Assembly: GCA_965112735.1 (NCBI GenBank)
Contig: OZ218959.1
Location: 2,852,001 to 2,916,000, forward strand
Length of the DNA stretch: 64,000 nt
Origin: Phaeosaccion multiseriatum
Taxonomy: Eukaryota > Protista > Ochrophyta, other classes
Direction: 5' to 3'
In this document: positions 53,345 to 64,000 of the stretch, piece after piece
How positions within the stretch are numbered: position 1 is the stretch's first letter
How the letters are laid out: the number at the start of each line of letters is the position of its first letter
Position numbers and translations under genes: made by a program
The notes under the pieces: generated by a model
Seen by the model: only the letters and a program-made list of their open reading frames with translations
The model's database searches: none
Told to the model about the DNA's origin: nothing

Positions 53345-55003
53345 TCAGCAAAGAGCGCATGTCGGCATGGTGGGGATACCGTTTAGGCGAAAACGCGGGG
53401 CCGAGCAGGATGCAGAGGCAGCAGCAGCAGCAGCAGCAGCAGCAACGCAAGTAGCAGAGCAAGTACCAGAGGTTTCGGAGGCGCAAGAGGCTTCAATCGA
53501 GGAGAGCTCGAAGGAGGCCGAGAAAGGCGCGGTGGCGAGAATGCCAGGCGTGGTAGTAAAGTACGTCCGCGACTTCTTCCGGAACACCAAGGTGCTGGGC
53601 GCAGAGTGGAAGGAGGGCATGGCATTGAAGCGGAAGGTCAAGAAGGAGGGACATGTGCTCACTTACCCAGAGTATGACTTCCTCAAGAGGGGGGAGAGAG
53701 ACCGCAGAGATGTGTTCTCGTTCTTTGCCGTGTACGCGCTCGTCCCAGAGCTCATCACCATGTACTTTTACCTCGGTTTCCACTCGCCGAGTGTGTACGA
53801 GAGGCCAGAGTCGGCGCTGGAGCGAGTGCAGAAGAAGAAGCTCAAATACATGAGTGTCGCTGTGAGGCACCTCATTCGCCTACAAGACGTGAGTGGGTGG
53901 GACAACCAGATGCCGAGGGGCGGCGACATGTCGAACAGTTTCAGTTCTTGCTTTCCCGTAGCCACTTTTTCTCCCCTCCCTCTCTCCCTTCGTTCCTTCC
54001 TCCTCCCCCTTGCTAACGTTCCGTATTCGTCCACCACAATGAATCCCTCCCTCTCTCTCTCCGCTGGCATGCTATGCTGTATCACCAACTACTGTCCTAC
54101 CACAGAACCGTCTCAAGGCTGGCAAGGCCCGTAAGCCCGCACCAGAAGCCTTGCACGAGAGCGCCGAGCGTCTCCTTCTCCTCCCCGACAAGGAGACAGC
54201 CTTCCGCTCCTTACAACAGCACTTCTACGTCGCACCCAAGGGCCCCAAGGTGAGGCGACTGACCACACTGCGAACCACGACGCGAACCGAATGCAGTAGT
54301 GAATTTACACACACACACACACATATGTATAAACACATATGCACACCTTACTGAACCTCGTCCACTGCGGCTGGGCTGTATGCCCTGTGCATTCGCTCTC
54401 ATGCTGCATGTAGTGGTTTCCGCGGTTGTCGTGGTCGTGATATGGGTGGTTATATTCCACCTGTCTCACTCTCTCCCCTCCACCACCTGTGATTTCCCCC
54501 TCCCACCCCTGAACCACCACCACCATCACGCACACACAACGCAGGGTGAGGGCCCCTCGCCCTACACAGTGGTACCCAACGACGCTACGGCGTGCATTTG
54601 CCAGGGGCTAGGTTTGACCAAGCGTTTCATGCCAGCCATGTTCGTGCGAACGAGGCTGTCCATGCACGTCAAGGACCTCACAGAAGGCGACGACATTCTC
54701 GCCCGCACCCCCTTGGAAGACATTCCGGACAAGGTGCTGAGAGAGGCGTGTGTGGTGAGGGGCATAGACGTAGCCTCCGGGAGAATGGAGATGGAGAAGG
54801 ACCTGCAGGCATGGCTCAAGCTTACCTCCCCAGCAGACGGAGAGGCCCACACTCTGGGCCAAGCCAAAGCAGCGGAGGGCCTGGTGTTCTCTCCAGAGGT
54901 GGCCAAGACTGCGCTCCTGGGGCTCAACATGGTTGCCGCCGTCAGGGACTCGGAGAATATGGGCGCCTTGGGCCTTCTCGGCAGCAAATCGTGGCGAGGA
55001 TAG
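53136..55003 (+). CDS. LETM1/LETMD1-like domain protein
   Basis: FFRNTKVLGAEWKE...LTYPEYDFLKRGERDRRDVF, one TM helix, RLSMHVKDLTEGDDIL...VLREACVVRGID...LQAWLKLT; introns near 53890-54106 and 54250-54545. Confidence 0.75.
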
Positions 55004-56702
55004 ATGGATAGAACGATAGATGGATGGGCTGGGTGGGTCCGTGGGTCCGTGGGTCTGTCTGTGAGTATACCTGGGGCCTCCTCAGCGAACACATCATGGG
55101 TGGCAATGGCGTGGAACGGGTTGATGGACTGGGTGGATGGCATTCGATGGCGGATCTTGCCTGTGGGCATGCAAGGAGACCCAACGAGGTCCAGTGGGTG
55201 GGGTACCGCCCTTGGGTGCCGTGGGTGCGTGCGTGCGCCTTGATGCTCAAGACCTTTGTCCTGAGGCTCAGGGGATGGATGATTGTGTGTCTATACATGT
55301 ATCTGAACCCACTCTGAACGGGCGGACCGAGGCGGAGGCGGCAAAGGGGCGTGGGCAGAAGCAGAGGCCAGACCGGACTCCGACGAGGGGTTGCGACGAG
55401 TTCGACTCGTCGAGCGTGGGTTCGTGCATGGAGATCCTTTGGAGAGCTGCAGCAGCCTGGCTTTGGGGGGGAGGGGGGGGGGCGGGGGGTGACGCTTGCT
55501 CATTTCTCTCTCTAGCTCAAATCATGGGCGAGCTGTGGCTACACTGTGACACTGTGGCGGAAGTGCAAAGGGAGCTCTGGAGTTGATCAAGAGAAACAAG
55601 GGAGGACCGACCGCGGAGAGGGGCAAGAGCTTGCTTACCGCACCCGCACTCGACTTTGCTGCTCCCTCCCCCCTTCGCTCAGGCAGCTCTTTTGAAGTCA
55701 GAGTGTACGCACTGAGGATGGGCGGGCGGTGGCGGAGGCCGCGACGGCTTGTCATCCCATACCAGCTCACGCAATTTCAGCAGAGGGCAGCTTACTCTGG
55801 AGAGAGACACGGTTGGGTTTCGGTTCCCACTCTACCGTCTTGCCCGTTGTGGATGTGGTGTATGGTGTATCTATGGACAGTTACAGCGTCGACAGGAGAG
55901 GAGGCATTCTATCGAGAGCGAGTTATCGGATGCTGAAGCGGCTCGGAGAGGAGAAGGAAGAGCAGAGCATGTGATCTGCGAGGAAGGGCTGGAGGCACAT
56001 CACCGTCATAACTGCCTCAACACCGACCACACCCCGACCCCTCCTGGTACGGTGCAAACAAACGCATGTGTGTTGTGTGGTCTATTGGGAAATAAGACGT
56101 GTTGGGGTTCACAGGTGAGGAGGCTTTTAGGCGGAGGAGGCGTTTCTTCCCCGACCACAGCCTGCAGATAGAAGTGGAATGCTTGCTTGCACGAGGAGAA
56201 GGTGGAATAGAATCACAGCATCAGCTGGTGCCCTGCCGTTCATCATTCACTCGCCAGTCAACAGTCCAAGTCGCAGCGGGAGATGCCTTTGAGTATCAAG
56301 ACCTTTCGGAGGAGTGAGTGTGAGGAGGAGACACACGCGCCTTCATTGAGGTTTACGTATCTTTGCAGGAAGGAATCGTCGAAAAGAACAGTAAAAGAAA
56401 TGCAAGCCCCCCTCTTTCTTACTTTATTGGGAGCACAACTTAAGGCTTCCAACTTCGACCTGTCCAATTAGTAAGTACACCCCATATACATCCATACATA
56501 CATAACGTGCGAACTCTTTGATGTGCCCTTCCCCCAAAAGCCGAAGTCTGATGCAAGGCGGCGGCTGCTACCCCACACGATGGCTGTTCGTCCCGCCTGC
56601 AGGGGGAGAAAGGGTTCTGGGGAGAACAGGAACAAGAGCCCCGAGAGGCCGTCGCAAGTATCTCCCTTCCCTCCCTCCCTCCCTCCCTCCCTCCCTTCAC
56701 GC

Positions 56703-58448
56703 CTACTCTGCTGCCCCATCGTAATCTGTCGACGAGAGCAGAAGAGTAACCACACGACAGCGGCGACGGCGACGGGCTCTGCCAGGGTCCCCGCCCGTGT
56801 GCGGCTGCTGCTCAACGGCTGAGATGCCCTGGGTGGAAAGGCAGCGGATGACCTCACGTACCTCCTCCTCCTCCTCCTCCTCCTCCTCCTCCTCCTCCTC
56901 CTCCTCCTCCTCCTCCTCCTCTTCTTCCTCCTCCTCCTCCTCCTCCTCCTCCTCACTACCATCACCACCACCACCACCACCACCACCGGCCGTCCAAGTG
57001 GAAGCAGCACCGAGTCGGAGGCGGTGCACATAACCCCTTCGAAGAAGAGTCCGTGCCAGCGGAGCGCTGACATCCCACAGAACAGAACAGAGCCCCTCCT
57101 GGTACAGAAACTTGTCCAAGGCGAGCAGGAAGTCTGCCCCTCTCACACGCGCCCCCGCCTCCTCCTCCTCCTCCCCCTCCTCCTCCTCCTCCTCCTCCCC
57201 TCTCCCAGCGCAAGACAAGTTGACCACTCGGACACCCCTCTCCCGGAGGAATCTTCGCATCACAGTCGCGCGAGGGTCCTCACAATCATCGTCCTCCTCC
57301 TCCTGCCCTTGGTCCTTCTCCTCCTCCTTCCCCGCATTCCGGGTCCTCTCCTCCCCCCCACCTAGAGTCTTCCCAGCCGCCACCGCCACCACCACCACCA
57401 CCTCCTCCTTCAGCCCCTCTCCCTCGCTGCTATCGAGGTGCCTCCATAGCTTGCTCTCCCGAGTGCTCTCCAGAACGTGCAAGCTATCCACGAGGACTGC
57501 CTTAAGCAGCATTGACGACACTCGTCGGCCCTCCTCCGAAAGAAGCTCCAGCGCTCTCACGCCCCTCTCCCCCTCCACCACCACGGCGTCGCATACACGC
57601 AAGTCCCTACAGTCCGGTGGAAGCGTCGAAGGTGGTGATAACGAATGTGATGGTGGTGGTGGTGCTCCTCTCTCTTCTGTGTTTCCTCTCTCGCCGTTGT
57701 TGACGCTGGTGCTCTGATCGCCCCGCCGCAGCAGCTGCTGCAGCATGCGGGAGTCTCGGTAGTGCATGACTCCTAAGGGCGTCTTTGCGGATATGCGGTG
57801 CAAAAAGGCTTCATTGAGCCGTTCGCACCTGGCGCCCTCTACCCCGACCATCACCTCCACTCCTCCCTCCGCCAGACGCCTCAGACCGCCACCCGCAGTC
57901 CTCGGGTCCGGGTCCACCATCCCTGCCACCACCCTCTTAATTCCAGCCTCGAGCAGTGACTTCGTGCACGGAGGCGTGAGTCCGAAGTGGTTACAGGGCT
58001 CGAGGGTGATGTACGCCGTGCCTCCCCTCGCCTTTTCTCCCGCCTGTCGGAGAGCCCACACCTCGGCATGGGGCTCGCCGGCGCGCGGGTGGAAACCTTC
58101 GCCCACCACTACTCCGTTAGAGTCTACAATGACGCAGCCCACAGCGGGGTTGGGTCTCGTGTGTCCGAGTCCGTTGGCGGCAAGCTGCAGAGCCTTGAGC
58201 ATGTGACGCCTATCGCTCTCCATGGCGGGGGAGAGCGTAGAGAAAGAGGACAACAAGCCATTGCGACGCCGCTGTCGCCATCTCCGCCGCTGCTGCTGCC
58301 CCTGCCCCTCCTCCTGCTGGTGGTGGTGGTACTGCTGCTGGTGCGTCTCTGGGCACGTGTCCGTCTGAATGAGACTGGAGTGGCCCGCGTTGGAGTAGCC
58401 CAAGGCGGAGAGAAGCTGCACCAAGAGGAGGGGCAGAAGAACCCACAT
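56703..58448 (-). CDS. ribD: Riboflavin biosynthesis pyrimidine deaminase (RibD/PyrD) with a degenerate reductase domain and an N-terminal signal peptide
   Basis: GHTRPNPAVGCVIV, GEPHAEVWAL, TLEPCNHFGLTPPC, GMVDPDPR; single 581-aa ORF with hydrophobic N-terminus MWVLLPLLLVQLLSALG. Confidence 0.92.
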   Translation of the reverse strand: MWVLLPLLLVQLLSALGYSNAGHSSLIQTDTCPETHQQQYHHHQQEEGQGQQQRRRWRQRRRNGLLSSFSTLSPAMESDRRHMLKALQLAANGLGHTRPNPAVGCVIVDSNGVVVGEGFHPRAGEPHAEVWALRQAGEKARGGTAYITLEPCNHFGLTPPCTKSLLEAGIKRVVAGMVDPDPRTAGGGLRRLAEGGVEVMVGVEGARCERLNEAFLHRISAKTPLGVMHYRDSRMLQQLLRRGDQSTSVNNGERGNTEERGAPPPPSHSLSPPSTLPPDCRDLRVCDAVVVEGERGVRALELLSEEGRRVSSMLLKAVLVDSLHVLESTRESKLWRHLDSSEGEGLKEEVVVVVAVAAGKTLGGGEERTRNAGKEEEKDQGQEEEDDDCEDPRATVMRRFLRERGVRVVNLSCAGRGEEEEEEEGEEEEEAGARVRGADFLLALDKFLYQEGLCSVLWDVSAPLARTLLRRGYVHRLRLGAASTWTAGGGGGGGGDGSEEEEEEEEEEEEEEEEEEEEEEEEEEEEEEEVREVIRCLSTQGISAVEQQPHTGGDPGRARRRRRCRVVTLLLSSTDYDGAAE

Positions 58449-58592
58449 CCTCCCTAATTCACCTCACTTCTTGGCACTCCTGCACATCGCGTGCTCTCCT
58501 CTCTTGTGCAGTCGTTCTTCCAGGAGGGACTAAAAGTAACGAATCCATCAAAAGCGCGTGGAGGATTCGATGATGATTCAAAGAAAAGGAGG

Positions 58593-59961
58593 ATGGAGAA
58601 TCAGGTGAGGAGGCGGAGACGGGAAAGCAGCAGCAGTAGCAGGAAGCAAGAGTCGCAGCAGCAGGATGTGGGGTGGGGGAGAGGAGCAGTAGCCGCAGTA
58701 GGAGGAGAAGGACGAGAAGGCGGAGGAGGGGGAGAGACAGCAAGCACGAGTCCAGCTCTTCGAAGGGGAAGCGAGGGAAGGGGAGGAGAGAGAGGAGGAG
58801 TGCAACTTGACGAGCATGGTACGCATTGGAGGGGAGGGGGAAGGAAAGATGGAGAGGAACCGCTGGCTGCTGGAGGAGGGTTGCCAGGTGGGACGGAGCG
58901 AAGGAACAGTGCCGCGGCCGCGACTACTGCCGTCGCCGCCCAAGCAAGCCTTGGGGGCGGGCAGGCAGAGGTGTACGGCTTCGTCTGCTGGATGGCCACA
59001 CTACTGGCGTACTTTATCTTCTTGGTCTGGGCCTACTTGCCCGATCAAGTGCTGTTCGACATGGGCATCACCTACTTTCCCAGCAAGTACGTCACATGCA
59101 AGCTTCTTTAAGCTATTTCCGTCCTCCTCCTCACCATCCTCCTCCTCGTCCTTCATCCCGTCCTCCCCCCCGCCCCTTCTTCTCTCTCCTCTTTCCGCCT
59201 CTCGAACAAGCTGCTTGACTATTTCCAGCCCTGGCTGATCCCCACCCCCCGCCTGCCTCCTCTCTCCCGCCTGTTGGCTGGCAGGTCTTGGGCGGTGGGC
59301 ATTCCTGCCTACTTGGTGATGACATGGTTGTTCGCCTCCATCGTGTGCTTTGCCCAGATGCTAGTCAGCACCCCGCCCCTGCATTCCTTCCTCACCGTCA
59401 CCGACCATGAAGCCACTGCCAGCAGGTGAGGAGTGTAATCATCCATTGAATTGCTTACGTTGAATGGAACGCAAGGATTGACAGATTCAACACAAGCAAA
59501 CCATAAACCTCCCACCCTTCATATGTGAAGGTCTCTCCGCTTCTCCTTCTCGCCAGCCCTCTTCTCCTGTCTCAGCATATTACGCGTTTCTCCACCCCCC
59601 CTTGCCCCATTGCGGTGGACTTACCACCTGATTGCGATTGTCTACTTGTGTGGGTCAGAGCTGACTGGATGCAGGAAAGCAGCGGTGGAAGCGGTGTGCC
59701 AGACTGCTCTGACATGAACATTGCCGAAGGTAAGCAAAAGGAAGGAACAATCTCTCCTCCCGTGGCTTGCCGTGCTTGCCCTGTGTGTCCACATCGACCG
59801 CATACAATGTACAGAACATTAATGACCGCTCCCGGATGGGAATATGAGCACCGAACTGAATTGAGATGCCCGTTCTTGTCCTTTCCTTTCTTGACTCCCG
59901 TCTTTCCCTTCCCGCAGTCAATCGCATCCTCTATCAGACGCCGGCTCAGGGCATGAGGTAG
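58593..59961 (+). CDS. PIGP: GPI-GlcNAc transferase subunit P
   Basis: EVYGFVCW...FLVWAYLPDQVLFDMGITYFPSK|SWAVGIPAYL...STPPL...VTD...|...VPDCSDMNIAE|VNRILY; TAG at 59959-59961. Confidence 0.9.
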
Positions 59962-60875
59962 TAGTGAGCGGGGGGGGGGGGGCTTCCTTCTGGAGTACGA
60001 AGGCCTGGCGCCCCATCATTGAAAGAAAGCTTCAAGATGGCACCGTTTTGATTAAACGTTCTTTAGAAGGAGCCGTGAGAGCGTACAAGCTCAAGGCTCC
60101 CTGTCACGGAGCGAACGTGGTGCGGAGCGGTGAGGACATTGGGTACTACAGCCTCGTCGGGGGGGGGGGGGGGGCTTTATCGACGCTCTCTACTCCACAA
60201 CGCCCACATCACTCCACCGTCGGCGATAAGCAGGGCGTCGAGCGGCTGGTGTTGAAGACCCACCCACCCACGAGCGGGTGGACGAGCAAGCGGTTTAGCC
60301 CCGCTATGGACACGGACGCCGCTCGCTCTGGACTTTTCATCATGGGAGTGTGTGGCTGATGGGTTTGCACGCCAGCAGTCATCCTGCCCCAGTGCGCGAT
60401 CTAACACATGACATCATGGATAGATGGATTCTCGCAGAGGACCACAGCAGCCTTCAGTCGGAATTGCTTCGGGATGCACACACATACGCACGCACGCACA
60501 CACACTTGTGTCCATTTGACGTCGATCGCGGCGTAGCGGTCGCTGTGGCGATGGCCCCCCTTCCGGCGGGTCCCCTCCAGCGTGTGTACACAAACGCAAG
60601 CACGGCGAATCCACGCACGCGCACAGACCTGCAGCTCGCTTCTTCCACAGCGCCTTGGCAACTCTCTCTTGCCGTGAGGGGCACATAGGCAGCGCTACAT
60701 GGCATCAGATGGCACCAGGGCGGGAAGCAGGGCGGCGCTGCTATAGCTGGTGGGGCTCTTCACTCTCTCTAGTTGGCGTGCGTGCGTGCGTGAGTGATGT
60801 GGCCATCTCGTGCCAGCGCCGGGGCTTCGAGGAATACAAATACATGCGCTTTCCGCTTTCCTCTCTCTCCTCCCT

Positions 60876-62007
60876 TCAGGCAGGCATCGAAAGAACCCTT
60901 TGTAGAACCGCATCGATCTGCTCAACGTCAGCGCACCACTTGCCAAATATGGGGCACGCGGCTGAAGAGTCCTCCGCGCCGCTCCCCAAAGTAGCTTGAG
61001 AAGTGAAAGGTGGAGGAGCCTCAGTGCTGTCGAACAAGGGCGCATTGGCGACGGGAAATAGAGGCGTGGGGGCGACCACAGGAGTACGCTGCAGCTCACG
61101 AAGAAGCATCCGCGCCTGCTCTTGCTGGCCCTGCTGCTTCTGCTTCTGCTGTTTCTGCTTCTGCTTCTTCTGCTGTGCATCAGCCTTGCCCCCTTCAAGG
61201 CGATGGTGCGGTATGGGACTGGGCACCGCGCCGCCCTCGTTTCCGCACTCTTCCTCCCCCAACTGCCGCTGATACTCGCGCTGGCGCTGCTCCCTTTGCT
61301 GCTTCAACAGCTCCTCGCCGGGAGGGTTCACCTTCCTAAACACGCCAAACTTGGCAGCCTCTCCCTTGTACTCAAAAGTCTGCCCAGTAATGGCCTCGTT
61401 GGCCTTCATCATAGCCTCGAAATCAAAGCCTGACCCGGCCTCCAACACTTCGTGCTGTCCCATCTGTTCTTCCCCCTGCCATAGCTTCCCCAAAGGTCTC
61501 TCTCCCAGGACTGCCTGCTGTGGCACCAACTGCTGCCGTTGCTCCTCCACCTGTTCGTGCTGCCCTCGTCGGCCCGCGCTGACATCTCTCCCCGAAGATT
61601 TCGAACGAAGCTTACCCTTCTTCTTGAGCCACTTTTTGAGCTGTTTGATGAAGGGCTCCACACCGTACACACCCTTTGGCAAATTGTCAATGGGGAAGAA
61701 ATTCACTGCGCTAATCTCCTTCCGCGTCTGTGGCTCAAAGGGAAAGTCGAGCGGCACCCCCTGAATCACAAACATGGTGATCCTTTGGCCATTGTTCACC
61801 TGAGAAAAGCAGTCCTCCTTTACTATTCGGTCCGTGACATCGAAGCCTGTCTCCTCCAAGACCTCTCGTGCCGCGCACACCATTGGCTCCTCATTCTGGT
61901 TGATCTTTCCCTTTGGGAGCGATCGGCTGTTACCCTTCCAGTTGCGCACCAGCACCACCTGCGAGTAATCTGGGCTGAGCAGCAAGCATCCAGCCGTAGG
62001 GATTTGT

Positions 62008-62041
<34 letters not shown>

Positions 62042-62616
62042 GGTGTGCGTGGGAGGTCGGGCGGGGGGTGGGTTGGATGATGCAAACATAGGCAGCGAGC
62101 GACGGTGCTTGTTCCCACATCTCTCCCCTCCCTCCTCGCCTCTCCTCCTTACCTTTCCAAGTCTTGAACTGGTTGCGCATGGCCTCGAACTGCGGCACCA
62201 TTGGCTGCAGGAGCGGGCAGTGAATGAAGAGCCGCAGCCCAAAGTCTTTCTCCGTGAGGTGTGGCAACCCGTGGAAGTGGTCCGCTAGGAAGTCCTCGTA
62301 AAACCAGTGCGCCTGCTCGATCTGCATGGGGAAAGAGCAGCAGCGGCAACCAGTTTGCAAGGTCACAACACGGTGGAGCGGGCCTTCCAGAGGGGCGGAG
62401 CGGAAATGGGAAGATGTATCGTGCATGGCGGGACTACAAAGAAAAGAGCGAGAGAGACTGTCCCCGTCACCTCGGCGGAACCAACATCTCTACCTGAAAG
62501 AAGAGCCTGTGCGCTGTCTCCCTCTCCTCCGCTGGTAGATTCAGGATGAACCTCGCCTGCACATCGTCAAGGGCGTCTGGCAGCGTCATTGAGCGCCCCA
62601 TCTTCGGGGCGGCCAT
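60876..62616 (-). CDS. DCP2: mRNA decapping enzyme catalytic subunit (exons 62616-62494, 62321-62153, 62008-60876)
   Basis: Box A LDDVQARFILNLP...RLFFQ|IEQAHWFYEDF; Nudix box PKGKINQNEEPMVCAAREVLEETGFD; FEPQTRKEIS. Confidence 0.95.
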
Positions 62617-63069
62617 GATAAATTGCAGTCAGTATTAGCTAGAGCTTCTTTTGCTATTGGTATTGTACACTTCTTCTCACTCCCTCTCTCGCTTTACAAT
62701 GTGTTTGGTGTATTTGGTTGGAAAGCTGAAACGCAAACGGATGGCACCCAAAGGACCGTCTCGTGCAATCTATTGATCTTCATTCCGTCCCACCCCCACT
62801 CCCTCAACACACATCCATACCAAACAAACACACACACAACACCCCCTCCCTTCTCACCTACACTGCTGACGCCTATCACGCGGCTGTGGCTGGCTAGATC
62901 GGCGTTACCGTATTTTGAAAAGGAGCTTTGGGGGAGAAAGACTGCACTGCACGGCTTTGCAGGAGGAGGAGAGGGAGGGAGGGTGGGAGAGAGGGTGAGG
63001 GGGGGGGGGACGGAGGGAGGGGGGAAAGGAGAGGAATTCGCGCTGCGCCTGGCACTTTCTTTGACTGAG

Positions 63070-63855
63070 ATGACTGAGACAAGCGGCATGAGCGCCGGGG
63101 GGGGGGAAGACAAGTTGGGGAGATGCGCGAGCAGCGATAGCAACAGCAGCACCGGCAGCATCAGCAGAAGCGTACGAAAGAGGAGCGGGGGTGGGGGTAC
63201 CAAAACCTCGACCCCATTTCCAGCAAACACGTTGGGCTCGGTGGATGTGTCGATGAGGAGGGTCAATTCCCCCGAAGAGGACTTGGCGGTAATAGTACCA
63301 GGAGGAGGCGGCGGAGCGGCTGCCAGAACTTCGAAAGAGTCAGCAGAGGAGGGTGGAAGAAGCGGATCGCAGGGTAGCCCAACGACAGACATGTTCCTTC
63401 CTCCTCCAGAGACGCCAGAAGAGGACGATGAGGGCGGCTCGCTGTCGTCCTCGTCCTATGGTTGCTCCTCTTCCTCGGCTTCACCATCCTCGAACTTCTC
63501 CCTTGGGAAGGTCGATCCAGCGCTGCACCCAGCAGCAGCGGCTTCCACTCCAACTAAACCACCCCCAGTTAAAACAAATACCCCCCAATCAGTTGCTGCG
63601 GCGGCCGTACTGAGCCCTCGGAGTAAGGGAATTGCAGCGGCGAAGGCAATCGAAGCAGAGGCGCTCCGAGAGAGGAACGCGAGGGAGGAGAGCATGGCCA
63701 GGGAGGCCAGGGAGGCCAGGGAGGCCCGGCATGCTGCAGGGGAGCGAAGGGCCAAGGGCGCAGGAGGCTCCACGTTGTCGTACCTAACTGGGATGAGCTT
63801 GGGCGAGCCGGAGATACGCAAGAGCTCGACCAAGCCGCCTGCCTGCTGGCCGAGG
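63070..63855 (+). CDS. First exon of an unidentified gene, continuing beyond the window
   Basis: Long Ser/Gly/Pro-rich frame from ATG 63070 ending at a CCGAG|GTGAGT donor; divergent from DCP2. Confidence 0.5.
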
Positions 63856-64000
63856 TGAGTGGGTGGCTGCTGCTGCTGTGTCTATGAGCCGCTTTGCTTG
63901 GGAAATCCTCTCACCCCTGCTGCTGCTGCTGCCGCTGTGTGTGCGTGCTGCGTGCGTACCTGCCTGTCTGCCCTCCTGTCTGCCCACCCTGCCTGTCTAC

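Noticed and set aside
55137-56470. Coding-like fragments between the LETM1-like gene and RibD
   Set aside because: Short broken frames with no recognisable motif; may be a decayed gene but I cannot support a call.
59964-60870. Possible gene remnant (LVLKTH..., DIMDRWILAEDH...) between PIG-P and DCP2
   Set aside because: No consistent spliced model or family could be derived.
61915-61935. DCP2 has NSRSLPKGK where W-x-F-PKGK is usual
   Set aside because: The Nudix box and Box A are intact; one divergent position is not enough to infer altered function.

Overview
Intron-rich, GC-rich, microsatellite-laden eukaryotic nuclear DNA. It is most likely from a stramenopile alga with a flagellated stage; this is inferred from a signal peptide on RibD and from cilium/centrosome-type genes. 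I reconstructed about 17 genes by hand from the ORF track and GT-AG boundaries, mostly in tight head-to-head pairs: a Cid1/TUT-family terminal nucleotidyltransferase, an EEF1AKMT4-like methyltransferase, an M20/ArgE-like peptidase, an LRR + EF-hand-like + CCHCR1-like rod protein, an LYR(-SAM) protein, a secreted Cys-rich/mucin protein built from tandemly duplicated exons, a TRIC channel, a PX-like protein, a FAM166-like/EF-hand protein, a zinc-ribbon protein, two convergent bZIP paralogues, TBL1, a LETM1-like protein, RibD/PyrD, PIG-P and DCP2, plus partial genes at both edges. The most unusual stretch is about 37.6-41.9 kb. It is a decayed, multiply frameshifted minus-strand reading frame that looks like a D-x-x-H (P/hAT/MULE/Kolobok-type) DDE transposase. 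It carries an NHL-like beta-propeller inside the catalytic core and a C-terminal BAH/Tudor-like domain plus a PHD finger. Next to it are a TTAGGG run and a ~230-bp inverted-repeat-bounded repeat array. All family assignments come from motif recognition and recall; no database searches were run, and exon boundaries are hand-derived.
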